Source of the DNA: Hormiphora californensis
Taxonomy: Eukaryota > Animalia > Ctenophora
NCBI GenBank assembly: GCA_020137815.1
Contig: CM035362.1
Coordinates: 1,550,001-1,614,000 of the forward strand
Direction of reading: 5' to 3'
DNA length: 64,000 nt
Part shown: piece by piece, positions 33,455-46,662 of the stretch
Layout of the letters: each line of letters opens with the position of its first letter
Numbering within the stretch: position 1 is the stretch's first letter
Program-made: the position numbers and the translations under genes
The notes under the pieces: generated by a model
The model's input: only the letters and a program-made list of their open reading frames with translations
What the model was told of the DNA's origin: nothing
The model's database searches: none

Positions 33455-34737
33455 TAGAGAGAGACGAGTTAGATACAGAATACCTGCATGGATAAGAATT
33501 GGAGGAGGGTGACAAAATACAGACTACTTCAGTATGCGTTGTCAACATACATGACAAGCTTAGCTAAGGTCATCAGTATCGGCAAAACGTGGTCCTTTGA
33601 CGCTAGAAAGAGAAAGGAGTGGTAACCGATTTATAGAAGTTGTAGTCGCTATAGGAGGTCATTCCAAAATATAGAAATGGGACGTACACGGTAAGATTAT
33701 ATGGTTTATATTTCTACTAGAGCAGTCTCCTACCAGAGCGGTTACAATCAATCATAGTAGACTCAACCTCCTTATATTCATCATAATGCTGCAAAAAATA
33801 ATATATTATGACTGAAACACACCAGTATTCATTATGCCCTATTTATCTTTCTCATAGGCATCTTTTCTTCCTCTAATTTTCTCTTTCTACGGACCTACCT
33901 CCATTTCGTTTTTCTTTTTTTTCTCAAATTTTCAACGTAGTGTGGTAAGTTCGCATCTACGCGACAGCTGAATCAATCTTACATATATATATAATCTCTC
34001 TCTACCTTTCTTTATGATCCCCCTCCCGCCCTTTACATCTCCTCCCGCCCTCTTCTTTACATCTCTCCTCTTAAGTTCGGATGCGGAGGGTCGCACTTAA
34101 TTTCCACAACAATAGGCGCCTGGCAGAGTCTTCACCGTGTGCTATAAATCAAAGGAGTCTCTGCAAACATATTTTTGTCTCAAAGGGGGTCACTACTAGG
34201 GGACCTGATCCTAGCTGGCCTCGCATGTGTTGAATGTAATTGTGGAGGGATCACGAAGTACAAGACACAGAGTTTTGAATGTGTTGAAGTTTGTGAAACA
34301 CATTTTTGGAACGTTTGTCTTTCCAAGTTTGTCTCTTTTTATGTCTTTTCAAATAAATCTATGTTGATTGTAACGTTCCTTGTATAGATAAAAAATATTC
34401 ATCTTATATTATTTCTTTCGCTTCGTACGATACCAAGAATCCACAGTATCACACAGTACTGTGATTTGTGACCTGTACCATAATAATGACCTGTACCATA
34501 ATAATGGATGAGATGCTTTGTTATGGTTGGTTGGTGATATGGTTGGTTGATGCTCCGTTATGTTCGCATATGCTCCGTTATGTTCAAATATTATAGATCT
34601 TGAGATCTTGATCGTTTCTTTTTTTAGCCTCTTTCTTACATTATCAGCTCTTAGTTTGCAAAACCTTTTCTCCATTGTATTCTATCATCTGTTAAGATCG
34701 ACTTAGAGTCACAGTAACACATCCCTCCATTTTAGAA

Positions 34738-35880
34738 ATGTTTGTAGTGATTATTTGCATCTTCCTGATAGTCACCACTACTACAGTGGTGGACCCCTGG
34801 TCTAGCCCGGGTTACATGGGCTGCTTCACCCGCACCTGCAAAATCTCCACACTTCCCTTCTACTCCTCCCCTACAACAACCATCCCTGCTTGTGTGGACC
34901 TCTGTCATGCCTATTTGAACTGTACTGAAGTCACCTATAACCTGATAACAAGATCTTGCGGCCTGTATTCCGTGGGGGAATTCCCCACTAGAGTCTCCGT
35001 GGCACACCTGACAGCTGAGAAGTCTTGCCTGGTCACCCAAGGGCATCCTTACAGGATCCTAACGGTTGAGGGTGTCGCTAGGATATGCAGGGCGCGAGGC
35101 TGTGTCTTCCAAAGGCGGCTCCGGGATTTCGTTGACAGAGAATTAATGTTCAAACCGGCGGTATGTTTGAAGGTGGACGGATCCCTGCACAAAGTCAAAT
35201 GGGGCAAGTGTGCTACTGCTGAAATGTGGGATATGGAGGTTGTGGGAGGTAACAGATCTGAATTCACAGTCAAACTGTGGATTAGACACACTAACACGTG
35301 CCTGGCTCATCGTTACAACATTACACGTACATCCGAGACTGGTGTTTTCCTGGAGAAGTGCTCATCCAACAGCTCCAGATACCACTTTGGGATCAAGATT
35401 GGTCCGGACGGTATTCAGCATGGATTTGTGGTGGATATCTTACCACCTGAAGCTGACCAACGCAGGTACCACGCCTACACTGAAAACGCCACAGAGGGAG
35501 CCGTTGGGAGGGACGAGGAGGAGAAGCTTGAGGGGTTCCTGGTACCAACAGAGAGTGTCCCGTGTGGTACAAATATTAAGAAGAGTTACGGCACCCTGGC
35601 TATCCCGCTTGAGGTAATTCCCCCCGGTGTTATTGTGGAACAACGGTGTGGTGAGGAGGTGGTGGGGGAGGTTGTGTGCAGGAACAGGAGCCTAGTTGGT
35701 CTGGAGGAGAGGTGCAGAGAGGAGGAAGAGGAGGAAGAGATTGGGGAAAAGAAGGGTGTCCTGATCGATCTTAAACTTCGGAGCACCCTGTATGCGCTTA
35801 GTGGTGCTTTCGTTATTTCCATCAGTCTCTCTGTTGTTTATTGGGGCGTCAAAGCTACTGTAAATCACTCAGATGATTGA
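34738..35880 (+). CDS. Intronless 380-aa type I membrane protein: signal peptide, PAN/apple-like Cys module, ricin-B-like repeats, degenerate Sushi-like module, acidic stalk, C-terminal TM
   Basis: Long open frame with a hydrophobic N-terminus; CVDLCHAYLNCTEVTYNLITRSCGLY; CLKVDG..KWGKC..EMW and TNTCLAH..FLEKC; TM LYALSGAFVISISLSVVYWGV. Domain names are by eye only. Confidence 0.8.
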   Translation: MFVVIICIFLIVTTTTVVDPWSSPGYMGCFTRTCKISTLPFYSSPTTTIPACVDLCHAYLNCTEVTYNLITRSCGLYSVGEFPTRVSVAHLTAEKSCLVTQGHPYRILTVEGVARICRARGCVFQRRLRDFVDRELMFKPAVCLKVDGSLHKVKWGKCATAEMWDMEVVGGNRSEFTVKLWIRHTNTCLAHRYNITRTSETGVFLEKCSSNSSRYHFGIKIGPDGIQHGFVVDILPPEADQRRYHAYTENATEGAVGRDEEEKLEGFLVPTESVPCGTNIKKSYGTLAIPLEVIPPGVIVEQRCGEEVVGEVVCRNRSLVGLEERCREEEEEEEIGEKKGVLIDLKLRSTLYALSGAFVISISLSVVYWGVKATVNHSDD

Positions 35881-36244
35881 TACGCATTAAAATCCTTTGA
35901 AATTTCGCGAGTTAAATGACTCTTTAAATCTCAATTAACTTGCGGTTTCAAATTTTAACCGGTTTTTTAATTTAAAAGTATGTAGTAAGGAAAGAAGAGG
36001 AAGAAGGGGTGATGTTCAGAACGCTATTATATTATATTTCATCCACAAGCCTTTGTTACGCTCTTAATGCTGTTTTTATTTAACTACTGAAAGGGGAAAT
36101 TCGAATTGTGATCGTACCTTGTATGTTCGAACTGTTGCAGAAGCTTTTAAGACAAAGTCGCATGATTTTGATTCGTTCAATACCGGAGAAGGGAGAATTA
36201 CTTAATTTCGAAATTGTTTGAGGGAGAATGAGTCAGTTTGGAAT

Positions 36245-36400
<156 letters not shown>

Positions 36401-37630
36401 GAGAAAGAAAGAGAGAAAGAGAGAGAGAACAAGTATGCTGGATGTAATTTGATACACACTGAAAAAAGGAATGATTTCATTGTGACTCACACTGACTGAT
36501 CAATGACGTCATTTCAATACGACACCACATAATAAGCTATGACGTAGATAAAATATTTGGGGGTGATTACGATTTGTCATGTTGAATGGTCAATGGTCAT
36601 TGAAGTGGCTGAAGTGTCACATGGGGTGGTGAAAGTCAAACATTGAAACGATTCGCCTAAAGCAGCTTTAGCACTGTGAATTTGGTGTTCCGTTGTTCAC
36701 ACGCCATATATGGGCATCACGTGCTCTGTCACACTTACATTGAAAAAGGAATCTTCACTCTTTTCTGTGATCTGTGAAAGGACACGTTCTCGTTTGAAAC
36801 GGCTGGCTTTGCCAAATTTCTAGAGAGAGAGAAAAGATCGAGATGTAACGGTTGTGTGTGTGCTACACGAGGGAAACACACAAAAAACAGTGCTTTGACA
36901 CACGCCATATTTGGGCTTCACGTGACACACACCATATAAGGGCATGTGACTCACAAATGGAAGCAATGGTCTAGGTAACATTTCGGTGTGAAATTTTGCA
37001 AAATGATTTTATTTCCACAGTTTTTCCGACTTAATTGAAAAAGAAATGTATTAATTTTATCGATCATTGCAGCACCCATCGGTTGGAATTTAGGGCTTAA
37101 AACGTTACCTACACAAGAAAAGTTGTAGCACATGCAAACACACACACATAGACGTTAAAATAGCAAAGATTTTCATGCAGGAAGACATGAATCAGTGATT
37201 ACAAAATTATGAAAATTGGATGATAAATTTGGTCTTTTGTTAAAACTTTTTTCCTCGATTGATCATCCAATTTACATCCAATTTACATAATTATGTAAAA
37301 GGTTAGCAAGAATCAAACTCACACATGAAGCGTGATGTGTAAATGATACACTTGAATGAGTGGATATTAGGGCTTCATTGAGTGAATGTGGGGTTAAAAT
37401 ATTGAATAACAAGCGAATCTTCTCTCTCCCTGACTCTCCCTCTCTATCTCACTCTTTCTCTCTCTCTCTCTCTCCCTCTCTCTCCCTCTCTCTCTCTCTC
37501 TCTCCCTCTCTCTCTTACTCTCTCTCTCTCACCCGCTCACTCTCACTCTCTATCTCTCTCCCTCTCTCTCTCTCACTCTCTCTCTCTCTCACTCTTTCTC
37601 TCTCTCTCTCTCACTCTCCATCTCACTCTT

Positions 37631-37662
<32 letters not shown>

Positions 37663-38135
37663 ACTCTATCTCTCTCTCTCTCCCTCTCTCTCTTACTCTC
37701 CATACCTTGGGGGCTGGTTTGTAGTCCAGGACTGGGTCGAAAGTTTGCATCTCTGTATCGCCAGGGACCTTCTTGTATTCCATACCCGGACACGCTATAA
37801 AGAGGAAAATGTTAATTGGAAATGAGTGAAAGTGAGAGGAAACTGTTATGAAGCATTACCATGGATAATATCTGATAGGGAGGAAAATTAAAAACATATC
37901 TGGCGAGGGTTTAGGAACAAATGTTCATAAGAAATGAGTTAGACTTTTTTGTATTGTTCATACAGCACAAAGACTTTTCTTTCCTACGCAAAAATAGATA
38001 GATGAATAAAGGATAGGGTTCTGAGAGAGAGAGAGAGGTGCTTTGAGCAACAACCCTTTACTCGAAGTTTAAAAAACGAAAAAAGCTCGAGAAGCCGAGG
38101 AAGACCAACAAATAGGATAAGAAGTAACTTGATAT

Positions 38136-39082
38136 TAGTAGAGTCGATAAGAACACTCACCTCCTCCGATTTCAGTGAAACTTCTCACATGCTAACATAT
38201 GATAATGGAGGTACAAATACCGCTTATTTTAGGTCCGAAAAACTTTTGGTTCGTTAATTATCGCTAATTGAAAAACGCCAAAAATGGGCTAAAATGGCCC
38301 TTAAGGTGGATTTGAAATTTTGGAGTTGGAACTCCAGACTTCGTACAGGTGTCCGCTAGGATGCCAATATGCACCACAGGCGGGCTCAGGCCTAAATTCG
38401 TCCGAATTTTTGCGTAAGGCCGGATGGCGTGAATTTTGGTCACGTGATTTGGGCAAAAAATCAGTTTTTTGCTATTTGTGCCTTTCCTGCACGCCGGAGA
38501 TGAAAAATAAGGCCATTTCCTCTCATTTATTTTTCTTTCTGCATCGATTAAGCAGGCTATGAACCTCCCTTACTTCAACGGTTCAGAAGTTAGAGTTTTG
38601 CAAAAAAAGAGCGGGAGACTAGATGGCGTCAATTTTGTAAGGCGATTTGTGTCTTTCCTGTGCGTCTGGGATGAAAAATGATGTCAAAACGTGTCATTTT
38701 CATCATATTCTGCATCGATTAAGCAGGTTATAAACATCCCTTACTTGAGCGGTTCAGAAGTTAGCCGAGGTCACGTGACCAAGATTTACGCCATCCGGTC
38801 TTACGCAAAAATTCGGACGAATTTAGGCCTGAGCCCGCCTGTGGTGCATATTGGCATCCTAGCGGACACCTGTACGAAGTCTGGAGTTCCAACTCCAAAA
38901 TTTCAAATCCACCTTAAGGGCCATTTTAGCCCATTTTTGGCGTTTTTCAATTAGCGATAATTAACGAACCAAAAACTTTTTGGACCTAAAATAAGCGGTA
39001 TTTGTACCTCCATTATCATATTTTAGCATGTGAGAAGTTTTACTGAAATCGGAGGAGGTGAGTGTTCTTATCGACTCTACTA
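38136..39082. mobile_element. 947-bp non-autonomous DNA transposon with ~310-bp TIRs and TAGTAG termini
   Basis: tagtagagtcgataagaacactcacctcctccgatttcagt... and its reverse complement ending ...cttatcgactctacta; tat duplicated on both flanks. Confidence 0.92.
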
Positions 39083-39732
39083 TATAGAAGAAGGACCATC
39101 ACGAGAGATAAAGAAGCCGGGACCCTGTAAACGAATCAAGTCCTCTCAACCCCATGATTTCCCTTCCTTTTTCAAACCCTCCCCTCTCTTTCTCTATCTT
39201 TCTCTCTCTTTGTTCTCGCCCCACATATCAGTATTATATGCAATAAGATCATCAAACACACAGAAGGCAGGAAAGGGGGGAAAAGTTAGAAAGGCTCAGA
39301 GTGACCCTTCCCCCATGATGTCATTATTCGGTAGAAGGGTAGAAGGGTGTGGTGTCAGTAGGCAAAACTGCAGGCACACCCCTACCGATGAAGAGGCTGG
39401 TTTGTTGGTATTTGGCAATAGGACGTTCCAAAGTAGTGAAGAACATCTAACAAGCGGTATGACGTCAAGTTTTATTGATACACGATAGTCAATCGGCAAC
39501 CAAGTAAAACCCCTTCTCCAGGGAAAAAACAGATAAGACAATTGTGAGACGGCTACTGAAAAAGTAGTAAAAAGAAGGGGTGAATCACAGAGGAGAAATT
39601 GAGTGAATGAGAAAGGCTGAAAAAGGGTGGATGAGAGAGACAGGGCTAAGAAAGAATAACAAATGCATAGGTGGAGCAGCAGCCAACAACATTCAAGCAC
39701 CGTGAAAATCACGCCACTCATACAGATAGAGA

Positions 39733-39796
<64 letters not shown>

Positions 39797-40320
39797 GAAA
39801 GAGAGAGAGAGAAAGAGAGAGGGAGAGAGAGGCGGAAAAAGTCCTGCAGGATGTTGTTGGCCGCCCCCACCCGTACTACACATAGTCTAGTAAGGTCACT
39901 GCAACCTACACCCTTGAGAAGGGGGACACTGCTGAACATTCATGATGACGTATAAAAAACCACTGTTTAATTATCCAAACTCTCATGGTACTGTTTACAA
40001 CAACGGCACGGCGAGTCAGAGGAGATTTTGAAACAAAATCGGGCAAAATTTCAAACTGAAAAGGTTAGGGCAGAGAGTTGATCTGCTATAATACACAAGG
40101 TGCCGCAATGTTCAAGCTACACACATATCACACGAGGCAGTGAATAATCGTTCTCTCTCTTCCCCTCGCTCTCGCTCTCTCTCATATCTCTCCCCTATCT
40201 CCCATCTGAATGTGTGTATATGAGTTGACTGGCTTTGTCCCGTTTTGTGTGGAAAGCTTTAACTGGCACACACAAAGCTTTCTCCTCATGTAATGGGATG
40301 GGGTTTGTCATAGACACAGG

Positions 40321-40392
<72 letters not shown>

Positions 40393-40395
40393 AGC

Positions 40396-40433
<38 letters not shown>

Positions 40434-40776
40434 AGAGAGAGATGGAGAGAGAGAGAGAGGAATAAGAAAGAGAGGTAGAGTGGGTGGGGAGGGAGAGGGA
40501 AAATGGAAGGAAGGAGAGGGGGAGAGGTAGAGAGAGAAAGAGAGAGGTAGAGAGAGATTGTAATGATAGATGACCATGGTCGACCAAGTGATCGATCTAA
40601 AACGTGGAGCACACTCTACACAGAGGGATCGAAAGGAGCAAGAGATGCTGGTCATGGAGAGCAGCTAAACAGGGGAGAGGACAAGGATTAGACAAGAGTG
40701 AGATAGATAAACGACAGAAAAATAAAGGAGAGAATGAGGGAGAGAATGAGGGAGAGAGAGAGAAAGAGAGAAACAC

Positions 40777-40855
<79 letters not shown>

Positions 40856-43370
40856 ACGATAAGTCACGTGGTAGGATGACACGTGACTGAAGATGGGGCC
40901 AGGGAGCTACATAATATTCCGTGAGTCCTCAGCTCCTTGCTGCATAAATACAGAGAGGGAGAGTGTAGAAGAGAAGAGATATAATAGAGAGATTGATAGA
41001 GATAGTGATGAGGGATAGAAGAGAGATAGAGAAAGAGAGATAGAGAGAGGGAGAGAAAGCTCCCAGGACGTTACATAAACACATCCCCATTATATTGAGA
41101 GAGATGACCTGGGGGGATCGACAGACGAACAGACAAATGAAATCGCTAAATAAATATTATATGAGCATGACATATTTTGTGGCAGCCTAGTATTTCTACC
41201 GAATCTTTTGAACAATTATAGTAGAACAAAGAGAAGAATAAGAACAAATGGGAGAATGTCCTGAACCAGGCTAATGAGATCACAGGGGGATGTATAAGAC
41301 GGGCCTAATCAGGATGTAAAAGCCAAAAGAAGGCCCTAATTAGGGAAGTAAAAGTCAAAAGAAGGGCCTAATTAGAAAACAGGAGGAAATGCACAATAAT
41401 CCTCTTCCCCTTTGTTCAAGGAAAGATTGGAGAGGAAATAGAGATTCGAGGGAAGGACAGACTCGAATTAATTGTAGTCGTGTTTTGTGTGTGTATGACT
41501 TGGGTTAGGGCCAAAAGCTACTGACAAATCAGTTTATAATCAAAGAGGGAAAATACCCACTGGGAGTGGGGGCCCGGGGGGGGGGGGGGGGGGGGGGGGG
41601 GGGATTTAGAAAAGATACCGAACAGTAAGAAAGTTAAACTATTGGTTAAATGTTCTAACCTTCCTCGCGGAGAGAGAACAAGGCAAGTAGGTGAAATGAT
41701 AGGGCTGTGGATGAAGTACAATAGTGATGTGTCTATATCGTTTGGTATTGATGCAGTTCCCCTGGGAGTAACACTTCATCAGTATTGTTGCACTAGGTGT
41801 GTGTGTTAACAAGACTTATACCAAGACTAACGACTGCTATAATAGTTGCTATATAACAGATTTCTTCAAAACGTAAGGTCTACTAAAGAAGTCTCAAGGG
41901 TGGTTTGAAGCCTTGATCTTCTATACCAAATTATAGGTGACAATAATATCATGCTAAAGTTAAGAGAGCCACCACCACTCTCCTTGGGAAGGGGGATGTA
42001 CATGTATCCATGTGAATGTGAATCATCGGCAGAGAGGGGAGGGGGGGGGGTCAATTCCAACACGCATAAATATATTATCCTTTCTCTCTCTCATCCCTTG
42101 AATAATATATAATTCCATCACCCCGGCCCCGTTCATTATTCAGCATTCAGGTACCCCATATATATCCGTGAGTCAGGTCATTGCAGTCTAGAAAAGAGAC
42201 TAACAAGGAAGGATAAGCAAAAGTTATCGTCAGTAATAATATTGAAGAACGATAAATCTCCCTAACAACACAGCTAGCTCAGTGACAACACAACTTGGTG
42301 ATGATCTAAAGATGACTCCACCTGCTGCTACAACCAATACGGCTGTAAAAAGAAATTTGATCTAGGCTCGCCCTGGACTTAAAGTAAGATGACCAATCAG
42401 AGAGCACCATGATCACGTGATCAGATAGATCAGCCAATGAGAGGCCAGCACGAGTATCACGTGATATAATAGAGAGTGTGGGACACCTGGTGAAGAGACT
42501 GTGGAGAGAGGGAGGGAGCGTGTGTGTGACCAATGTTGCCAGGAGTTGTGGAGAGGGTGAGAAAAGAGAAAGAGAGCCAGATGGGCAAATATTATATATT
42601 CTCTCACACAGCGGCTGGTATGAACAGTAGGTACACGGTAAATGAATAATCCAAGTACTTGAATTTTACCACTTGCAAGTGGTTGGTGAAAACTTGTTGT
42701 AATTGGGCAAGGTGCGTATTGCTGCATGTTTTGGACGGGGTGCAATAGTAAACAGGCAAATAGCGACTGCTGAGAAATTTAGACCACACACAATAGTACG
42801 GCGTAGCAATAGAAGTTTCAAACTGTAATTGGATTTTGGAGACAGAGATAGAGCAGACTGTTGGCGAGACTGGGAGAGAGAAAAATATGGATACAAGAAA
42901 AAAGGAAGACCCAAAAAACACGCACGATAATGCTAACACAAATGGATACTATCACGTTATATTTACCGCCCATCTGAAACAACTAAATATGTTCCTAACA
43001 GGGTGTTAACAGTAAAGCAGCACACTAGATTGTGAACGTCATAAACAATTAATTGGATTTAATGAGTAAATATTTGGAATACCACGAAATGTTAAATACA
43101 GAATCAGACGATGAGCTGATTAGGTAATACGCCGGTAATTGAAAGTAGAATCAAAACAAGAAAACCGGTTTTGAATTCCGAAACCGCTTCTTGTTTCAAA
43201 AACAAATCATAGTTGACTTTCCCACCAAATAGCATGGGATGAAAACTCCAAGGATCACACCCGCGGCTAAAGTAACACTAAAAGAAAGTGCACACAGAGC
43301 AGCTCAGTACACGGAGTCATGAGAAATGCAGTGAGGACTAGGGTGCGAGAGTGAGAGAGAGAGAGAGAGA

Positions 43371-43410
<40 letters not shown>

Positions 43411-43542
43411 GAGAGTGAGTGAGATAGAGAGAGAAAGAGAAACGCCCCCTTAGTAGGAAACACGGGCTCAGTCGCGTGATATGTTATAAATCACGTGATT
43501 TAAACATAAACTTGCACACTTACATCTCTCTCTCTAGCTCTT

Positions 43543-43634
<92 letters not shown>

Positions 43635-46600
43635 TCTCCATTTCTCTCCCCTCCTCTCTCCATTTCTCTCTCACTCCTCTCTCTCTTCCCTCTCTCCCTC
43701 GCCTGTTGTCTAACTCCCTGTCACTTGACTAGGATGATTCGATTAAAAAGAGGGTGAATATTATGCAAGATGACAGAATGTCAGCCTAGGAGAACTCCGC
43801 AAGGAACAGGATATAATGAAACCTAGAATTGATGAAAACTTGAAGCATATTTACGGTTTTAGGGGGAAGGTAATTAAAACTCGGATATCAAATCATTTAA
43901 AAAGGGGGCCCTTCGGTTGATTGTATAATTTGACTGAAGCAAGCTCTTGACATATTTCACCTCACAGTTCACACAGTATTACTTTCTCTCTTCACATCTC
44001 CCTCTCTATCTCTCTCCACATCTCTCCACATCTCCCTCTCTATTTCTCTCCAAATTGCAATCTGAATGCAAGCATGTCAAGTAAATAACCTGACAAGCTT
44101 GGGAATGAGAGAGAGAGAGAGAGAGAGCTGTACAACACAACCTATTATGAGAGCGATCAAACCGTTTATCGGCCCCCTAATTTGACGCATCCCTGGAGCC
44201 TGGGAACTGGGGAATTTCCCAATCTCTAATTCCCAGAGACGAATAAACAGTCGACCCCAGGTCCCAAAATCAACTGTGTTCTGTATAAGGTAGTACATAA
44301 TTGCTCACTCGTTGCCCACAATTTATGTGTTTAAACTGTTATACACATTTAACAAGGGTCTAGTAAACACTAAACAGTGAACATTGTACACAAATTGAGC
44401 TCCCTCCTGATCATTGATCTGTACAGTAGGGTGACTCTCATGTAATATGTACACACTCTTTATCCTCCCTCCCTTCAACCTCTCTATTTCTTATTTACAT
44501 CTCCCCTCCCTCTAAACCCTCTCTCTCTCTTTCCCCTTGTTCTCATTTCTCTTTCTCTTCATGATTTCTCTTTGTTATAATCCACAATCCGCTCCTCTTT
44601 CACTAAAAAACGATCTTTTGAAATACATGGAACAAGTGGATGCGATAATATACAAGATCTTTTGTGAACCACGACAAAGGGAAATAATATCGGATGGCTG
44701 ACATCTGACACAAAAACAGCTGTTTTGCAATCACTATAGATTATGAGGGTAAATAATCACAGAGAGATATACAGAGAGATGCCGGTTAGAAAGACACACA
44801 TAACAGAGCGAGAGGGATGTCAGTTATTCAACAAACCAGAGGGTGACGCTGAATCGAAACTTGATACTCTCAGTGATTCAGCAGGAACGTAGGAAATCTC
44901 ATTAAAAATATCACGTGACCCAAACACGGTTATCTGATAGACCAATAGCGGGTCAAGTCGTAGATCACGTGACTTCTCTCACGTGACTGAATAGAGGACA
45001 TTTGAGAAGATTGTTAGAGGGAGCGCTATCTTTCTCTCGGGGTGACCTGATGCAGTCTCTTGGATATTGAGTTACTGCTAGGGTCTGGCGAGGTCTCACA
45101 CAGAGAGTAATGAAAAAATCATCAGGAATTCATGTGAAGAGTACTGCACAGAGATAACGTTTTATGTTCTAGAATTAACACTACCGGGGCTATTTATCCC
45201 GGATGAAAACCTTAAACAGGAAAATCCTATCCATCTCTCATCCCTGCAGTCTCTACAGTGACTGGTTATTCATCTTAATAAGCGAGTACTCTTGCAAGTG
45301 TTACAAGACATTCTCCCCTGATCTTGCTGATCAAATACTGTTGCTTGAGAGGACGGCTGAGGGTCAGCTGACCCTCGAATCCAAATTCCAAGGGACCGAC
45401 TACCGAACGCGACTGAAAAGCTACTTGGCAGGGTGTGGATTTGCTTGAAGTAAAGACCGTAAAACACATCCTTACAGAGTGCCCCACGCTTTTGAAAATT
45501 CGCCAAGAAGTAAGTATTCGACAGAATGTGGGACGTCAAAACCCACCTGCCATTGCGGAAGACTGTTATATTAAACCTAAGAGCCGAACAACTTCTTCAC
45601 CCTGAGCTCGACCAATAGAAAAGGTCCCAGACCTACTCCCTAACGGCAGAGTACCCCCATTAATTCCCAGGCTGGGGAACGCGACGTAGCCGCCTGTGCA
45701 GTGTGCAGTGCACTCACTGTGCTACATCCCTCTATCTCAGCCTCAAAGAAGAAGAAAGGAGTAAAGTTATACTAGCTTTTAGCTCCAGAAACACAGTATA
45801 AGAGCCTCTAAAAGGTTTAAGAGAAAGGGAAGAAGAGAGAGATTGTGGTAAAAGGGCAATATTGACAGTGTCAAATTATTGTAAACAGATTTAATAATAA
45901 TAATAATGTGGTAAAAAAAAATCTTTAAAAAAAGCTAAAAAATTTAAAAAAAATTAGTCAGAAAATGAAGTGATTTTGAAACGCGCATAACCGCGCGCTA
46001 AGATTTTTCGTTTTGCAGCGTACTATGATTTTACCCGCTCAGTCCAATCCAACCGTGCTGATTTTAAAATTAAAACAACTGTTTGGTAAAACGAGTATTA
46101 AGGGTTCAGCCAACAAAATGCTAAGTAGATTGGAAACCACCTAATTAGTCAGATAGATCAAACATATAATAATACGTATCGGTACCGCCACCGGGAATCC
46201 GGAGATATTCAGACGATGTTGACGTCACACTGCTCACAGTCACAGTCATACCATGACACCAGGCCATTTATTTGTATATGAGTATTGTATAGGAACGGCC
46301 CTTACACAGGACACAGGTGTCAGGTACCGCCAGACCCCGATTTGATTCAGATGGGGTCTGCGGCCCCGGCGCTGATAGCCCGAGAGAGCTATGAGACGCC
46401 ATCAGATAGTTGCCATTATACGGTCCATATATCTACAGAAACACACACACACACATAATTCTTTGTACAAAACTCCCCCTATATCACTCCACAATCTTGT
46501 TGAGTAAGGGGTGAGAGAGGAGAGCTTCTCCACCCATTACTCAACAACCTCAGCCAGTGCTGCAAACAGTCCGTGTAAATATTTCTACAAAAAAACCCAA

Positions 46601-46662
46601 AAATAATGGCAATATTTCTCACTCAAAACTGTCCGTGAGAAGCCCACAAAACTCCCGAACTT

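Noticed and set aside
45203-45539. Overlapping short ORFs near 45.2-45.5 kb
   Set aside because: No recognisable motifs or consistent exon chain.
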